Source: Alphaproteobacteria bacterium (GTDB lineage Bacteria; Pseudomonadota; Alphaproteobacteria; UBA2966). From it: a stretch of 64,000 nt of DNA. The translations under genes were made by a program, and so were the position numbers. This document shows positions 11,902-21,754 of this stretch, piece after piece. The stretch covers positions 27,143 to 91,142 of the forward strand of contig OZ219857.1 in the NCBI GenBank assembly GCA_964291395.2. Direction: 5' to 3'. The notes beneath the pieces are model-generated. The model did no database searches. It was given only the letters and a program-made list of their open reading frames with translations, and was not told the DNA's origin. Within the stretch, counting starts at the first letter, position 1. Every line of letters starts with the position of its first letter.

Positions 11902-13194
11902 CTATTCGGCCGCAATGGCCGGCGTTTCGAATTGGGCGGTCTCCGTCGAGTCGGCAAGGGCCGTGGTCGAAGACCGACCGCCGCCGATGGCTTCGGCAAC
12001 GGCATCGAAGTACCCGGTGCCCACCTCGTGCTGGTGACGCGTCGCGGTGTATCCCTCGGCCTCGGCGGCGAACTCGGCACCCTGAAGCTCCGCATACCCG
12101 GCCATGCCGCGGTCCCGGTAAGCCCCGGCGAGCTCGAACATGCCGTGGTTGAGGACGTGGAATCCGGCGAGGGTCACGAACTGATACTTGTAGCCCATGG
12201 CACCAAGCTCGCGGTGGAACCGTTCCATGGTGGGAACGTCGAGGTGGGCCGACCAGTTGAAGGAGGGCGAACAGTTATAGGAGAGCATCTTGCCCGGGAA
12301 TTCCGCGTGTATGGCCTCCGCGAAGCGCCGCGCCTGCTCCAGATCGGGCGTCGACGTCTCCATCCAGAGGAGGTCGGCGTACTCGGCGTACGCCAGACCG
12401 CGGGCGACACAGCGCTCGAAGCTCGTACCTTCCCGGAGCCGGTAGAAACCTTCCGCCGTGCGCTCACCCGTGAGGAACTCGCGATCCCGCTCGTCGACAT
12501 CGCTGGTGATCAGCTTGGCGCTTTCCGCATCGGTCCGCGCGAGGATGATCGTGGGTACCCCCATGACATCGGCCGCGAGGCGGGCCGCCAGGAGGTTGCG
12601 GATGTGTTGCTGGGTGGGAATGAGGACCTTGCCCCCCATATGCCCGCACTTCTTCTCGGAAGCGAGCTGGTCTTCGATGTGGATGCCCGCGGCACCGGCT
12701 TCGATATAGGCCTTGGTGACTTCGAACGCATTCAGGACGCCTCCGAAGCCCGCTTCGGCGTCGGCGACGATGGGGACGAACCAGTCGATGCCGCCCTCGC
12801 CGTCCAGCATCTGGATCTGGTCAGCACGACGCAGGGTGTTGTTGATGCGCCGAACGAGCTCGGGTCCGCTGTCGCTCGGATAGAGGCTCTGATCGGGATA
12901 CATCGAGCCCGCTTTGTTGTTGTCCGCGGCGACCTGCCAGCCGGACAGGTAAATGGACTTGAGACCGGCCCGCACCATCTGCATGGCCTGATTGCCGGTG
13001 ACGGCGCCAAGCGACCGCACGGGCTCCTCATGCTGCAGCAACTGCCAAAGCCGCTCCGCGCCCCGGCGGGCGAGGGTGTGCTCGATGCGAATGCTGCCGG
13101 AAAGCCGCTCGACATCGGCCACCGTGTAGTCCCGGCGAATGCCGGCAAAGCGGCCGGACGGCGCCCCACTTCGCTGCTCCATCTCCCGCTGCAT
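11902..13194 (-). CDS. aceA: Isocitrate lyase
   Basis: 430 aa. Catalytic loop '[11 protein letters not shown]', plus '[33 protein letters not shown]' and '[11 protein letters not shown]'. Confidence 0.95.
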   Translation of the reverse strand: MQREMEQRSGAPSGRFAGIRRDYTVADVERLSGSIRIEHTLARRGAERLWQLLQHEEPVRSLGAVTGNQAMQMVRAGLKSIYLSGWQVAADNNKAGSMYPDQSLYPSDSGPELVRRINNTLRRADQIQMLDGEGGIDWFVPIVADAEAGFGGVLNAFEVTKAYIEAGAAGIHIEDQLASEKKCGHMGGKVLIPTQQHIRNLLAARLAADVMGVPTIILARTDAESAKLITSDVDERDREFLTGERTAEGFYRLREGTSFERCVARGLAYAEYADLLWMETSTPDLEQARRFAEAIHAEFPGKMLSYNCSPSFNWSAHLDVPTMERFHRELGAMGYKYQFVTLAGFHVLNHGMFELAGAYRDRGMAGYAELQGAEFAAEAEGYTATRHQHEVGTGYFDAVAEAIGGGRSSTTALADSTETAQFETPAIAAE

Positions 13195-13304
13195 CGGTTC
13201 CTCCCCTACTTCAAGCTCAAACTGTGATACGTCGTGTTCGACGTAACTTAATTGACAAAAATCGGAATGGTCTATACCTCTCTGAATGTAAAAGGGTAAT
13301 CGAG

Positions 13305-13345
13305 ATAACTTTGCAAATTTTTATTTTGTGAATTTGTAAAGTTAG
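13305..13345. promoter_or_regulatory. Pair of inverted RamB-box-like operator motifs in the aceA/regulator divergent promoter
   Basis: 'ATAACTTTGCAAA' at 13305-13317 on the + strand. The reverse complement of 13333-13345 reads 'CTAACTTTACAAA'. Both lie in a 28% G+C patch (34 G/C in 13241-13360 by hand count) within an otherwise very GC-rich window. Confidence 0.55.
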
Positions 13346-13367
13346 AAAATAATGTAAGCTGTGGACG

Positions 13368-14828
13368 ATGCCGATGACGGATCGGTCCGTGGAACGAAAA
13401 GTCCTGCTGGGACACAAAATCCGCCGCTTTCGCGAGGATCTCGCCCTCAAGCAGAGCGAGATGGCGGAACAGCTCGAGATTTCACCGAGTTACCTGAACC
13501 TCATCGAGCACAATCAGCGGCCGGTGACGGTTCAACTCCTGTTTCGCCTCGGACAAGCGTTCGACATCGACCTCAAAGAATTCGCCGAAGACGACAATGC
13601 CCGGCTCTACGCGGGACTCCGGGAGGTGTTCGGCGACCCGCTGTTCGGAGACCGTCCGGCACGGGATGCGGACATCCGGGCCATCGCCGAGGCCGGGCCC
13701 ACGGCGGCAGAGGCCGTACTTACGCTCTACAAGTCCTATCGCGAATTGCGCGAGGATTCCCAGATTCTGGCCGAACAGGTACAGGTGGCGAGCCGGGACA
13801 CGCCGCAGGGGGTCGGCGGCCAGGTATTTCCGGTGGAGGAAGTCCGCGAGTATCTGCAGTCGGAGTCCAATCACTTCCCCGAAATCGAAGCGAGCGCGGA
13901 AGATCTGTGGATCGAAGCCGATCTGGATCCGACGGACGTGTTCCGTGGTCTCGGAAATTACCTGCGCGACGTTCACGGTATCGAGGTGCGCGTGCTCCCC
14001 GTCGACGTGATGCCCGAGACTACGCGCCGCTACGATTTCCACCGTCGGCGCGTGCTCCTCTCCGAATTGCTCTCGCCGGCGGCGCGAAGCTTCCAACTCG
14101 CCGTTCAGGTCGCCCTCAACACGCACCGCGACCTGCTCGACCGCCACGTAGAACGGGCAGAGCTCTCAAGCCCGGAGGCCGAGCGTCTCTGCCGTCTGTC
14201 GCTCGCCAACTACCTCGCGGGCGGCGTCATCATGCCCTACGGACGGTTCCTCGACGCGGCCAAAACCTTGCGTTACGACATCGAGATCCTGCAACGCCGT
14301 TTCGGCGCCAGTTTCGAGCAGATCTGCCACCGCTTGACCACCCTCGACCGCCACGGCGCACGCGGAGTCCCCTTCTTCTTCATCCGGGTCGACAACGCCG
14401 GCAACGTTTCCAAACGCCTCAGCGGGGGCGGATTCCACTTCGCCCGATTCGGCGGCACCTGTCCGCGCTGGATCGTGCATGATGCCTTTCGCATGCCGGG
14501 ACAGATTCGAACCCAGGTAGCCGCCATGCCCGACGGCTCGCGGTTCTTCACGATTGCCCGAACCGTCGATCCGATCGAATCCCGGACATGGGAACAGCCG
14601 CCGCAATACGCCATCGGCTTGGGATGCGACATCCGAGACGCCGGACAGCTCGTCTACGCGGACGGCCTCAACCTTGAAAATGAACGGGCGGCGACCCCGA
14701 TCGGTGTGGCATGCCGTGTCTGCGAGCGCCTCGACTGTCGGCAGCGGGCGCACCCACCACTCAACTACCGCCTGAAAATCGACGAAAACGTGCGTCGCAC
14801 CACGCCATTCACTTTCGCGCAGGAATAA
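13368..14828 (+). CDS. XRE-family HTH regulator with IrrE/ImmA-like peptidase and C-terminal DUF2083-type domain (RamB/ScfR-like)
   Basis: 486 aa. N-terminal HTH 'LGHKIRRFREDLALKQSEMAEQLEISPSYLNLIEHNQRP' and a long C-terminal domain with a Cys cluster 'CRVCERLDCRQR'. Divergent from aceA, as for RamB-type glyoxylate-cycle regulators. Confidence 0.8.
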   Translation: MPMTDRSVERKVLLGHKIRRFREDLALKQSEMAEQLEISPSYLNLIEHNQRPVTVQLLFRLGQAFDIDLKEFAEDDNARLYAGLREVFGDPLFGDRPARDADIRAIAEAGPTAAEAVLTLYKSYRELREDSQILAEQVQVASRDTPQGVGGQVFPVEEVREYLQSESNHFPEIEASAEDLWIEADLDPTDVFRGLGNYLRDVHGIEVRVLPVDVMPETTRRYDFHRRRVLLSELLSPAARSFQLAVQVALNTHRDLLDRHVERAELSSPEAERLCRLSLANYLAGGVIMPYGRFLDAAKTLRYDIEILQRRFGASFEQICHRLTTLDRHGARGVPFFFIRVDNAGNVSKRLSGGGFHFARFGGTCPRWIVHDAFRMPGQIRTQVAAMPDGSRFFTIARTVDPIESRTWEQPPQYAIGLGCDIRDAGQLVYADGLNLENERAATPIGVACRVCERLDCRQRAHPPLNYRLKIDENVRRTTPFTFAQE

Positions 14829-14834
14829 GTCGCT

Positions 14835-15602
14835 TCAGATCGCCATCTCACCGGCACGGATGAGGCCCGTCGCCTCGCCGCCGTCGACCCGATACTCCGA
14901 GCCGGTCACGTAGTCGGCGTCGTCAGAAGCCAGAAACACGGCGACCTTGGCGACGTCCTCGGGCCGGCCCCAGCGACGCGCCAGGTTATCCTTCGCCCAC
15001 TGGGGACCGATCTCCCCGTCTTCGGCGAGCGAGATATTGAGCGGCGAGGCGATCATGCTGGGACAGAGCGCGTTGACGCAGATGTTGTTCGCCGAAAGAT
15101 CCATGGCGAGCGCCCGGGTCAGGCCGACGATCCCGAACTTGGCGGCCACGTAGGCCACGCGGTTGGGCCGCCCGCCGATCCCCGCGATCGAGGCGACGTT
15201 GACGACCTTGCCCTTTCCACGCGCGATCAGGTGAGGCACCACGGCCTTGGCAGCCAGGAACTGTCCCGTCAGGTTGACGTCGAGGATGCGCCGCCAGTCT
15301 TCCTCCGTGTGGTCGAGGAAAGATTTGACGATACGAATACCGGCGTTGTTGACGAGCGCGTCGATGCCGCCGAATCGTTCGCTGACGGCGTCGGCGGCAG
15401 CCTCGAGCTGATCGAGTTCGGTCACATCGGCCTCGAACGCCGCGGCATCACCGCCCAGCTCCGCGGCAAGCTCTTCCGCGGCCGGCAGGTTCACGTCGAG
15501 CAAGGCCGTTCGCGCGCCTTCCGCGACGAACGCCCTGGCGATCGCGGCGCCGATCCCGCTGCCTGCGCCCGTGATGACCGTCACCTTGTTCTCCAACCGC
15601 AT
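14835..15602 (-). CDS. SDR-family oxidoreductase (3-oxoacyl-ACP reductase-like)
   Basis: 255 aa. 'TGAGSGIGAA' cofactor motif, 'NNAG', and catalytic 'YVAAKFG' (YxxxK). Confidence 0.9.
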   Translation of the reverse strand: MRLENKVTVITGAGSGIGAAIARAFVAEGARTALLDVNLPAAEELAAELGGDAAAFEADVTELDQLEAAADAVSERFGGIDALVNNAGIRIVKSFLDHTEEDWRRILDVNLTGQFLAAKAVVPHLIARGKGKVVNVASIAGIGGRPNRVAYVAAKFGIVGLTRALAMDLSANNICVNALCPSMIASPLNISLAEDGEIGPQWAKDNLARRWGRPEDVAKVAVFLASDDADYVTGSEYRVDGGEATGLIRAGEMAI

Positions 15603-15721
15603 GCCGCTCTCCCGTCATCCATCCTCCGACCGCCGATCAGACCACGTCCGCCGGGTCGCCGCCAGCGCCGTTTGTGGTATCAAGGGGCAACTTCGAGATC
15701 ACGAAGAACGAGGATCGGAAC

Positions 15722-16192
15722 ATGGCGAAAGAACACACCTATTCGGCAACCGTGACGTGGACGGGAAACCGGGGCGAGGGGACGACCAACTACAAGGCCT
15801 ATACCCGCCACTACGACATCGCCTGCGACGGCAAGCCGGTGATCAAGGGCTCCGCCGATCCCGGATACATGGGCGACGCCGCTTGTCACAACCCGGAGGA
15901 CATGCTGCTGGCCGCCCTATCCGCCTGCCACATGCTCTGGTACCTGCATCTCTGCGCGGTCAGCAAAGTCGTGGTGACGGCCTACGAGGATACCGCGGAA
16001 GGGGCGATGCTGACCAATCCGGACGGATCCGGCGAGTTCACGGGCGTGACGCTGAAACCCCGAATTACGGTTACGCCCGAAAGCGATTTGGCGAAGGCGG
16101 AAAGCCTGCACGAAAAGGCGAATGCCATGTGCTTCATCGCCCGGTCCGTCAATTTCCCCGTCGAACACGACGCGGAGATCACGCAGGGGTGA
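15722..16192 (+). CDS. OsmC-family peroxiredoxin-like protein
   Basis: ATG at 15722 (MAKEHTYSATVTWTGNRGEGT…). The two conserved Cys contexts 'LSACHML' and 'ANAMCFIA' are typical of OsmC/Ohr. Confidence 0.8.
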   Translation: MAKEHTYSATVTWTGNRGEGTTNYKAYTRHYDIACDGKPVIKGSADPGYMGDAACHNPEDMLLAALSACHMLWYLHLCAVSKVVVTAYEDTAEGAMLTNPDGSGEFTGVTLKPRITVTPESDLAKAESLHEKANAMCFIARSVNFPVEHDAEITQG

Positions 16193-16194
16193 CG

Positions 16195-17214
16195 CTACGC
16201 CAGGTAGGCGTCAACCTCGTCCAGGTATTCCCGCTTCTCCGACTCGTCGAGGAACGAAGCTTCGAACGAATTCCGGGCCAGTTCGGCGAGTTCACGCTCA
16301 CCGAGTCCGAACGCGTCCCGCAGCGCGCGATAGTTCCCATTGACGTAGCTCCCGAAGTACGCGGGATCGTCCGAGTTCACCGTCACGAACAGGCCCGCCT
16401 CCCGCATCGCCTCGATCGGATGCGCCGCGATCCCGTCAAAAACCTTGAGACGGACATTGGAGAGCGGACAAACGGTCAGGGGTATGCGCTCCCGCCGGAG
16501 CCGGGCGACGACGTCCGGGTCTTCCATCGCCCGCACGCCATGATCGATGCGCTCGACACCGAGCTCATCGAGGGCTTCGCGCACGTAACCCGCCGGGCCT
16601 TCCTCGCCCGCGTGCGCCACGGTCCGAAACCCTTCGGAGCGCGCCCTGGCGAACACGTCGCGAAACTTCGACGGCGGGTTCCCCACCTCGGCCGAATCGA
16701 GGCCGACGGCGACGATACGGTCTCGGTAGGGCAGCGAAGCCTCCAACGTAGCCATCGCGTCCCCGGCAGGCAGGTCCCGGAGGAAACACATGATGAGGCG
16801 CGATGTGACGCCGAGAGTCCGGACGCCCTCAGACAGCGCGCCCGCGATGCCCTCGATCACCGACCCCAACGGTATGCCGCGTCGCGTGTGCCCCTGGGGA
16901 TCGAAAAAAATCTCCGCGTGCCGGACATTCTCGGTTCGCGCCCTTTCCAGATAGGCGATCGTGAGATCATGGAAATCCCGGGCCTCGCGCAACACCGCCA
17001 TGCCGCCGTAGTAAAGATCGAGAAATCCCTGCAGGTCCGGGAAGTCGTAGGCCGCCCGTAATTCTTCAACCGAAGCGTAAGGGAGGGGCACGCCGTTCTT
17101 CCGGGCAAGACGGAACATCATCTCGGGCTCCAGCGTCCCCTCGATGTGAAGGTGAAGCTCGGCCTTCGGCAGGCCGGCAATGAAGTCCCTCCGCTCCGTC
17201 AGTCCGTCCACCAT
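16195..17214 (-). CDS. Adenosine/adenine deaminase family protein
   Basis: 339 aa. 'LPKAELHLHIEGTLEPEMMF', 'HAGEEGP' and 'VNSDDPAYFG' metal/catalytic motifs of the ADA family. Confidence 0.9.
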   Translation of the reverse strand: MVDGLTERRDFIAGLPKAELHLHIEGTLEPEMMFRLARKNGVPLPYASVEELRAAYDFPDLQGFLDLYYGGMAVLREARDFHDLTIAYLERARTENVRHAEIFFDPQGHTRRGIPLGSVIEGIAGALSEGVRTLGVTSRLIMCFLRDLPAGDAMATLEASLPYRDRIVAVGLDSAEVGNPPSKFRDVFARARSEGFRTVAHAGEEGPAGYVREALDELGVERIDHGVRAMEDPDVVARLRRERIPLTVCPLSNVRLKVFDGIAAHPIEAMREAGLFVTVNSDDPAYFGSYVNGNYRALRDAFGLGERELAELARNSFEASFLDESEKREYLDEVDAYLA

Positions 17215-17325
17215 CCCATTCCAGTCGGCGTTCAGCCCGTGCTCCCGAGACAGGACGGGGCCGAGAAGGTAACTTCAGGTAACGGGGAAGACCATCGAAA
17301 ATCAAGACGAGAGGCCCAGATCGCC

Positions 17326-18240
17326 ATGAAGTACGCAGCCCTCATGCCCATGATGGAAGAACACGCGACGGTGGAGAACCTGATCAGCTTCGCCAAGAAG
17401 GCCGAGACGTTGGGATTCCACGCGCTGTTCGCCAGCGACCACGTCGTCATCCCCTATGAGATCAAACCCGTCTACAAGGGCTCCGCCGACGGCCACTTCC
17501 CGTTCCCGAAGGAAGGCATCATCATCGATCCGATCATCGCCATGTCCGTCGTCGGCACCGCGACGGAGCGCATCAAGGTGGCGACGGCGATCCTCGTCCT
17601 CCCCCATCGGAATCCCCTGCTCGTCGCGAAACAGCTGGCGTCGGTCGACTATCTCACGGGCGGGCGCGTGATCCTGGGCGCCGGCGTCGGCTGGATGGAG
17701 GAGGAGATCACCATGCTCGGCCAGCCCTTCGCAGAGCGGGGCGCCTGGTGCACCGAGGCCATCGATCTGATGCGCGTCATGTGGGCCGAAGAGAAAGCAA
17801 GCTTCCAGGGCCGATATTTCCAGATCCCCGACGTCGGATTCCAGCCCAAGCCCGTGAACAAACGCATCCCGATCCTGATCGGCGGCACGTCGAAACCGGC
17901 ACTGCGCCGGGTGGTCGAGCAGGGCGACGGCTGGCTGCCGTCGAACTCGACCTTCGAGATGCTGGAAGACGGCATCGCGACGCTGCAGAAGGGATGCGAG
18001 CAACAGGGCCGAGACTACGGCGAACTGGTGATCTGCCTGCGGGCGCGCATGGCCTTCGAAGCGATGGATTCCAAGTACAAGGTCATGTTCGTGGGATCCG
18101 AGGAGCAGATCATCGACAGCCTGGGCCGCCTCAAGGAGATGGGTATCGGCATGGTGCTCTTCGAGCCGATCTACAAGGAGTACGATCAGTGGGTCGACGC
18201 CCACGAACGGATTGCCGCAGACATCATGACGAAGGTTTAG
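17326..18240 (+). CDS. Luciferase-like (LLM class) flavin/F420-dependent oxidoreductase
   Basis: ATG at 17326 (MKYAALMPM…). 'FHALFASDHVVIP', 'TGGRVILGAGVGWMEEE' and 'KPVNKRIPILIGG' are typical of the LLM family. Confidence 0.8.
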   Translation: MKYAALMPMMEEHATVENLISFAKKAETLGFHALFASDHVVIPYEIKPVYKGSADGHFPFPKEGIIIDPIIAMSVVGTATERIKVATAILVLPHRNPLLVAKQLASVDYLTGGRVILGAGVGWMEEEITMLGQPFAERGAWCTEAIDLMRVMWAEEKASFQGRYFQIPDVGFQPKPVNKRIPILIGGTSKPALRRVVEQGDGWLPSNSTFEMLEDGIATLQKGCEQQGRDYGELVICLRARMAFEAMDSKYKVMFVGSEEQIIDSLGRLKEMGIGMVLFEPIYKEYDQWVDAHERIAADIMTKV

Positions 18241-18276
18241 CCCCGCACGAGCGGAGGCTCCGGCGGTCCGCCGGCT

Positions 18277-19791
18277 CTACTTGAGGAACACCTGATAGAC
18301 GGGATTCTCGGTCTCCTCGACATACTGGAAGTCCGCATTCTCGAGGAATTCCCGGAATTCAGGCTCGCTGCACGCCGACACCTGAAAGCCCATCAGAACA
18401 CGCCCATAGGCCGATCCATGGTTGCGGTAGTGGAACAGGCTGATATTCCAGCGCTGTCCCATCTCGTTCAGGAAGCCGAGCAAGGCGCCGGGCCGTTCCG
18501 GAAAGAAGAAGCGGTAGAGTTTCTCCTCGAGGCCGCCGCCGCCGTGCCCGCCGACCATGTACCGGACGTGGATCTTGGCGAGCTCGTTGTCGGTCATGTC
18601 GACGACCGGAAAGCCCGCGCCCTCGAGGGTCGAGAGCAGACCGTCCCGTTCCTGCCGCCCCTGCTGCAGCTCGAGGCCGACGAAGATCTGTGCGGCTTCG
18701 GTGTCCGCGAAGCGGTAGTTGAACTCGGTGATGGAGCGCTTGCCGACGACCTCGCAGAACTGCCGAAGACTGCCGGGCCGCTCCGGGATGGTGACGGCGA
18801 ACAAGGCCTCGCGCTCGCGCCCGATGTCGGCGCGCTCGGAGATGTGCCGCAGGCGGTCGAAGTTGACGTTGGCGCCGGACAGGATCGCGATCAGCGTCTC
18901 GTCGCGGGACTGCCTCGCGGCGGCATAGGCTTTCAGTCCGGCGACGGCGAGGGCCCCGGCGGGTTCGGCGATCGAGCGGGTGTCCTCGTAAATGTCCAGG
19001 ATGGCGGCGCAGATCTCGTCGGTGCTCACGAGAACGATGTCGTCCACGCATTCCGCCGCGATGCGATAGGTCTCCCGTCCGACCGTGCGCACGGCGACGC
19101 CGTCGGCAAACAGGCCCACTTCGTTCAGTTCCATCGGGTGCCCCGCCTTCAGCGCGGCGTGCATGGTGGCGGCATCTTCCGGCTCCACGCCGATGATCCT
19201 GATGCCCGGCCAAAGCGCCTTGACGTAGGCCGCGATGCCGGCGATCAGCCCGCCCCCGCCGATGGGCACGAAGATGGCGTCGATGCCGTTGCCGTGCTGG
19301 CGGAGGATCTCCAGACCGATGGTGCCCTGTCCGGCAATCACGTCGGCGTCCTCGAAGGGATGAACGAAGGTCAAACCCTCGTCGTCCGCGATGACATGAG
19401 CCCGCTGGAACGATTCGTCGACGGAAATCCCATGCAGGATGACGTCTCCGCCGAGCCGCGCGACGGCATCGGACTTGATCCGCGGCGTCGTGGTAGGCAT
19501 GACGACGACCGCTCTCAGGCCCAGTGCCGACGCCGCAAGCGCCACGCCTTGAGCATGATTGCCCGCCGACGCACAAACCACGCCGCCGGCGCAGGCGTCC
19601 CTGTCAAGATTGGCGATCTTGTTGTAAGCGCCGCGGATCTTGAACGAGAAGACCGGCTGCAGATCCTCGCGCTTCAGCAGCACGTTGTGCCGGATCGCCT
19701 CGGACAGCAGGGTCATCCGCTCGAGGGGAGTTTCCCGGGCTACGTCATAGACGTTCGCACGGAGAACCCGCTCCAGATAGGACTTCGGCAT
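18277..19791 (-). CDS. ilvA: Biosynthetic threonine ammonia-lyase (threonine dehydratase)
   Basis: Start at the ATG at 19791 (MPKSYLERVLRANVYDVA…). PLP-lysine motif 'FSFKIRGAYN', 'ASAGNHAQGVA', and two C-terminal ACT-like regulatory repeats. 504 aa. The listed 573-aa ORF is over-extended. Confidence 0.92.
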   Translation of the reverse strand: MPKSYLERVLRANVYDVARETPLERMTLLSEAIRHNVLLKREDLQPVFSFKIRGAYNKIANLDRDACAGGVVCASAGNHAQGVALAASALGLRAVVVMPTTTPRIKSDAVARLGGDVILHGISVDESFQRAHVIADDEGLTFVHPFEDADVIAGQGTIGLEILRQHGNGIDAIFVPIGGGGLIAGIAAYVKALWPGIRIIGVEPEDAATMHAALKAGHPMELNEVGLFADGVAVRTVGRETYRIAAECVDDIVLVSTDEICAAILDIYEDTRSIAEPAGALAVAGLKAYAAARQSRDETLIAILSGANVNFDRLRHISERADIGREREALFAVTIPERPGSLRQFCEVVGKRSITEFNYRFADTEAAQIFVGLELQQGRQERDGLLSTLEGAGFPVVDMTDNELAKIHVRYMVGGHGGGGLEEKLYRFFFPERPGALLGFLNEMGQRWNISLFHYRNHGSAYGRVLMGFQVSACSEPEFREFLENADFQYVEETENPVYQVFLK

Positions 19792-19958
19792 GGCCGTGGA
19801 CCCCACCTCTCCGCCGGCGGATGAAGGATGGCGGCGCTCCAATGACAGCTTCGCGGCGATATTGCAAGATATTCCGACGGAAAAGGCATGGCGACGACGC
19901 CCTCGTCGACTCACTTCCGGCGACAATTCAAATCCGGGCCCGCGAATCGAGATCAGAC

Positions 19959-21065
19959 ATGCCGGAGAAATACTTTTCGACAACGTATACCGAGGCACGG
20001 GAAAGCTTCCTCTCCGCGTGTCGTGACGCCGGCGCAGCCGTCGAGAGTCACCGCAATCCAGAGCGTGGACCCGAGGGGGAGCCGCTCTACTGCGATGCGG
20101 CCTGGATCGGAGACCGCGCCGCAGGCGGCGTGATCGTCGTGACCTCGGCGACCCATGGCGTGGAGGGGTACGCCGGATCGGGTATCCAGGTCGGCCTGCT
20201 GCGGGACCCGGATGCGCCGAAGCCGGGACCGGGCGCCGCCATGCTGCTCATCCACGCCCTCAATCCTCACGGCATGGCGTGGCTCCGGCGCGAGAACGAG
20301 GACAACGTCGACCTCAACCGGAATTTCGTCGACCACGAAGGCGGCAACTACCCCGAAAACGGCCTCTTCGAGGAGCTGGTCGACTTCCTCGTGCCCGAGG
20401 TCTGGGACGACGAGGCCTACGAGGCGTACATGGCGGGAATCGCCGGCCTCAACGCGAAATACGGCGAGGTGCCGGTCCGCAAGGCGATGCACAAGGGGCA
20501 GTACCGCCACCCCGACAGCATTCACTACGGCGGCGACAAGGCGACCTGGTCGAACCGGACCTTGAGCCGCATCTGCGCGGACCGTCTGGCCCGGGCGAAA
20601 TCGGCGGTGATGATCGACCTGCACACGGGCCTCGGCCCCTACGGCTACGGCGAACTGATGACGCCCGGCAAACCCGGAGAACCGGTCTACGACCTGCTGT
20701 TCGACTGGTATGGAGAGCAGGTGCACAGCACGACGGCCGGCGAGAGCCCGTATGCGGGTTCCGAGGGCAGCATTCTCGCCGGTTTCCGGCCGCCCGGGGA
20801 AGGACTGGAGTGGGCCGCGGTGGGGCTCGAGTACGGCACCCGCGAGCGCGAGCACATCCGCCGCTGCACACTCGCCAGTTCCTGGCTGCACCTCCATGGC
20901 GACCGGAACAGCGATCTCGGCCGGAAGATCCTCCGCGAGTTCAAGGACTGCTATTTCCCGGACGAAGCGGGATGGAAGGAATCGATCTGGGAGCGCGGCA
21001 AGGAGGTCGTGGGCATTGCGCTCGACCGGATCGCCGCGAACCGCCGGTCCGCGCGCGGGAGGTGA
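19959..21065 (+). CDS. M14-like metallopeptidase family protein (DUF2817-type)
   Basis: ATG at 19959 (MPEKYFSTTYTEARESFL…). 'SATHGVEGYAGS' (HxxE zinc motif) and a later 'IDLHTGLGPYG' (third His ligand). Confidence 0.7.
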   Translation: MPEKYFSTTYTEARESFLSACRDAGAAVESHRNPERGPEGEPLYCDAAWIGDRAAGGVIVVTSATHGVEGYAGSGIQVGLLRDPDAPKPGPGAAMLLIHALNPHGMAWLRRENEDNVDLNRNFVDHEGGNYPENGLFEELVDFLVPEVWDDEAYEAYMAGIAGLNAKYGEVPVRKAMHKGQYRHPDSIHYGGDKATWSNRTLSRICADRLARAKSAVMIDLHTGLGPYGYGELMTPGKPGEPVYDLLFDWYGEQVHSTTAGESPYAGSEGSILAGFRPPGEGLEWAAVGLEYGTREREHIRRCTLASSWLHLHGDRNSDLGRKILREFKDCYFPDEAGWKESIWERGKEVVGIALDRIAANRRSARGR

Positions 21066-21087
21066 CGGGCCGCCGTCCGGCGCGGCG

Positions 21088-21297
21088 GATGCCGGGGGTC
21101 TCCGCGATCCGCCGGCTGGCCGGGTTGTTCCGGTGCCCCAGACAGATCCGCCGCTCGATCTCGCCAATCTCCTCGTCCAGGCGAGCGATCCGCGCCCACT
21201 GCTCGCGCAAGGTGTCGATGATCATCGCCGGCAACCGCTCGGCGACCCCGGAACAAGGTCGGAGCATTTCGCGGTCTGTCTTTCTAACCGACTTCAT
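21088..21297 (-). mobile_element. IS110-family transposase remnant (internal fragment only)
   Basis: The minus-strand translation '…AERLPAMIIDTLREQWARIARLDEEIGEIERRI…NPASRRIAETPGI' resembles the coiled-coil region plus the 'tiPGIG' motif of IS110 (DEDD) transposases. Similarity stops at 'PGI' and no N-terminal catalytic domain is present. Confidence 0.5.
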
Positions 21298-21462
21298 CGC
21301 TGAAGCAGGCCATGAGCGATCAAGGCAAGGAAGAGAACCGGCCGACGGCACCGGATGCATGAACGGGATTGGTGCGGGACCCGGCACGGTGTGTCGAGGG
21401 CGCTCACCGATTGGACTGCCGTGGGACTTGGAGATGTCGGCTGTGTCGCCAAGCGAATTGAC

Positions 21463-21486
21463 GCGAGGCGTGTGGCGGTGCGGTTG
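21463..21486. repeat. 24-bp direct repeat, copy 1 (GCGAGGCGTGTGGCGGTGCGGTTG)
   Basis: Exact 24/24 match to 21948-21971, 485 bp apart, bracketing vapB and the truncated vapC. Confidence 0.95.
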
Positions 21487-21514
21487 AAGCGGCAGCAACG
21501 ATACACATCTCTGT

Positions 21515-21754
21515 ATGAAGACGACCCTGAACTTCGATGACCGCCTGATTCGCGAAGCCAAGGCGCGAGCCGCCCAGGACGGCGAAACGCTGACCCGCCT
21601 GATCGAGCGCGCCCTGCGGGACTATCTCCGGCCCGCGCGCCGTCCCGTGCGCGATTTCCGCGCCAGGCTTCTGACCAAGCGGGGTTCTGCACTCGCCGGC
21701 GTAGACCTCGACGATCGCGGCCTGCTCTACGAGAGAATGGACGGGCGCGATTGA
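21515..21754 (+). CDS. vapB: Type II antitoxin, VapB-like (ribbon-helix-helix)
   Basis: 79 aa with 'MKTTLNFDDRLIREAKARAAQDGETLTRLIERALRDYL'. Its stop overlaps the TTG start of a PIN-domain ORF. Confidence 0.75.
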   Translation: MKTTLNFDDRLIREAKARAAQDGETLTRLIERALRDYLRPARRPVRDFRARLLTKRGSALAGVDLDDRGLLYERMDGRD

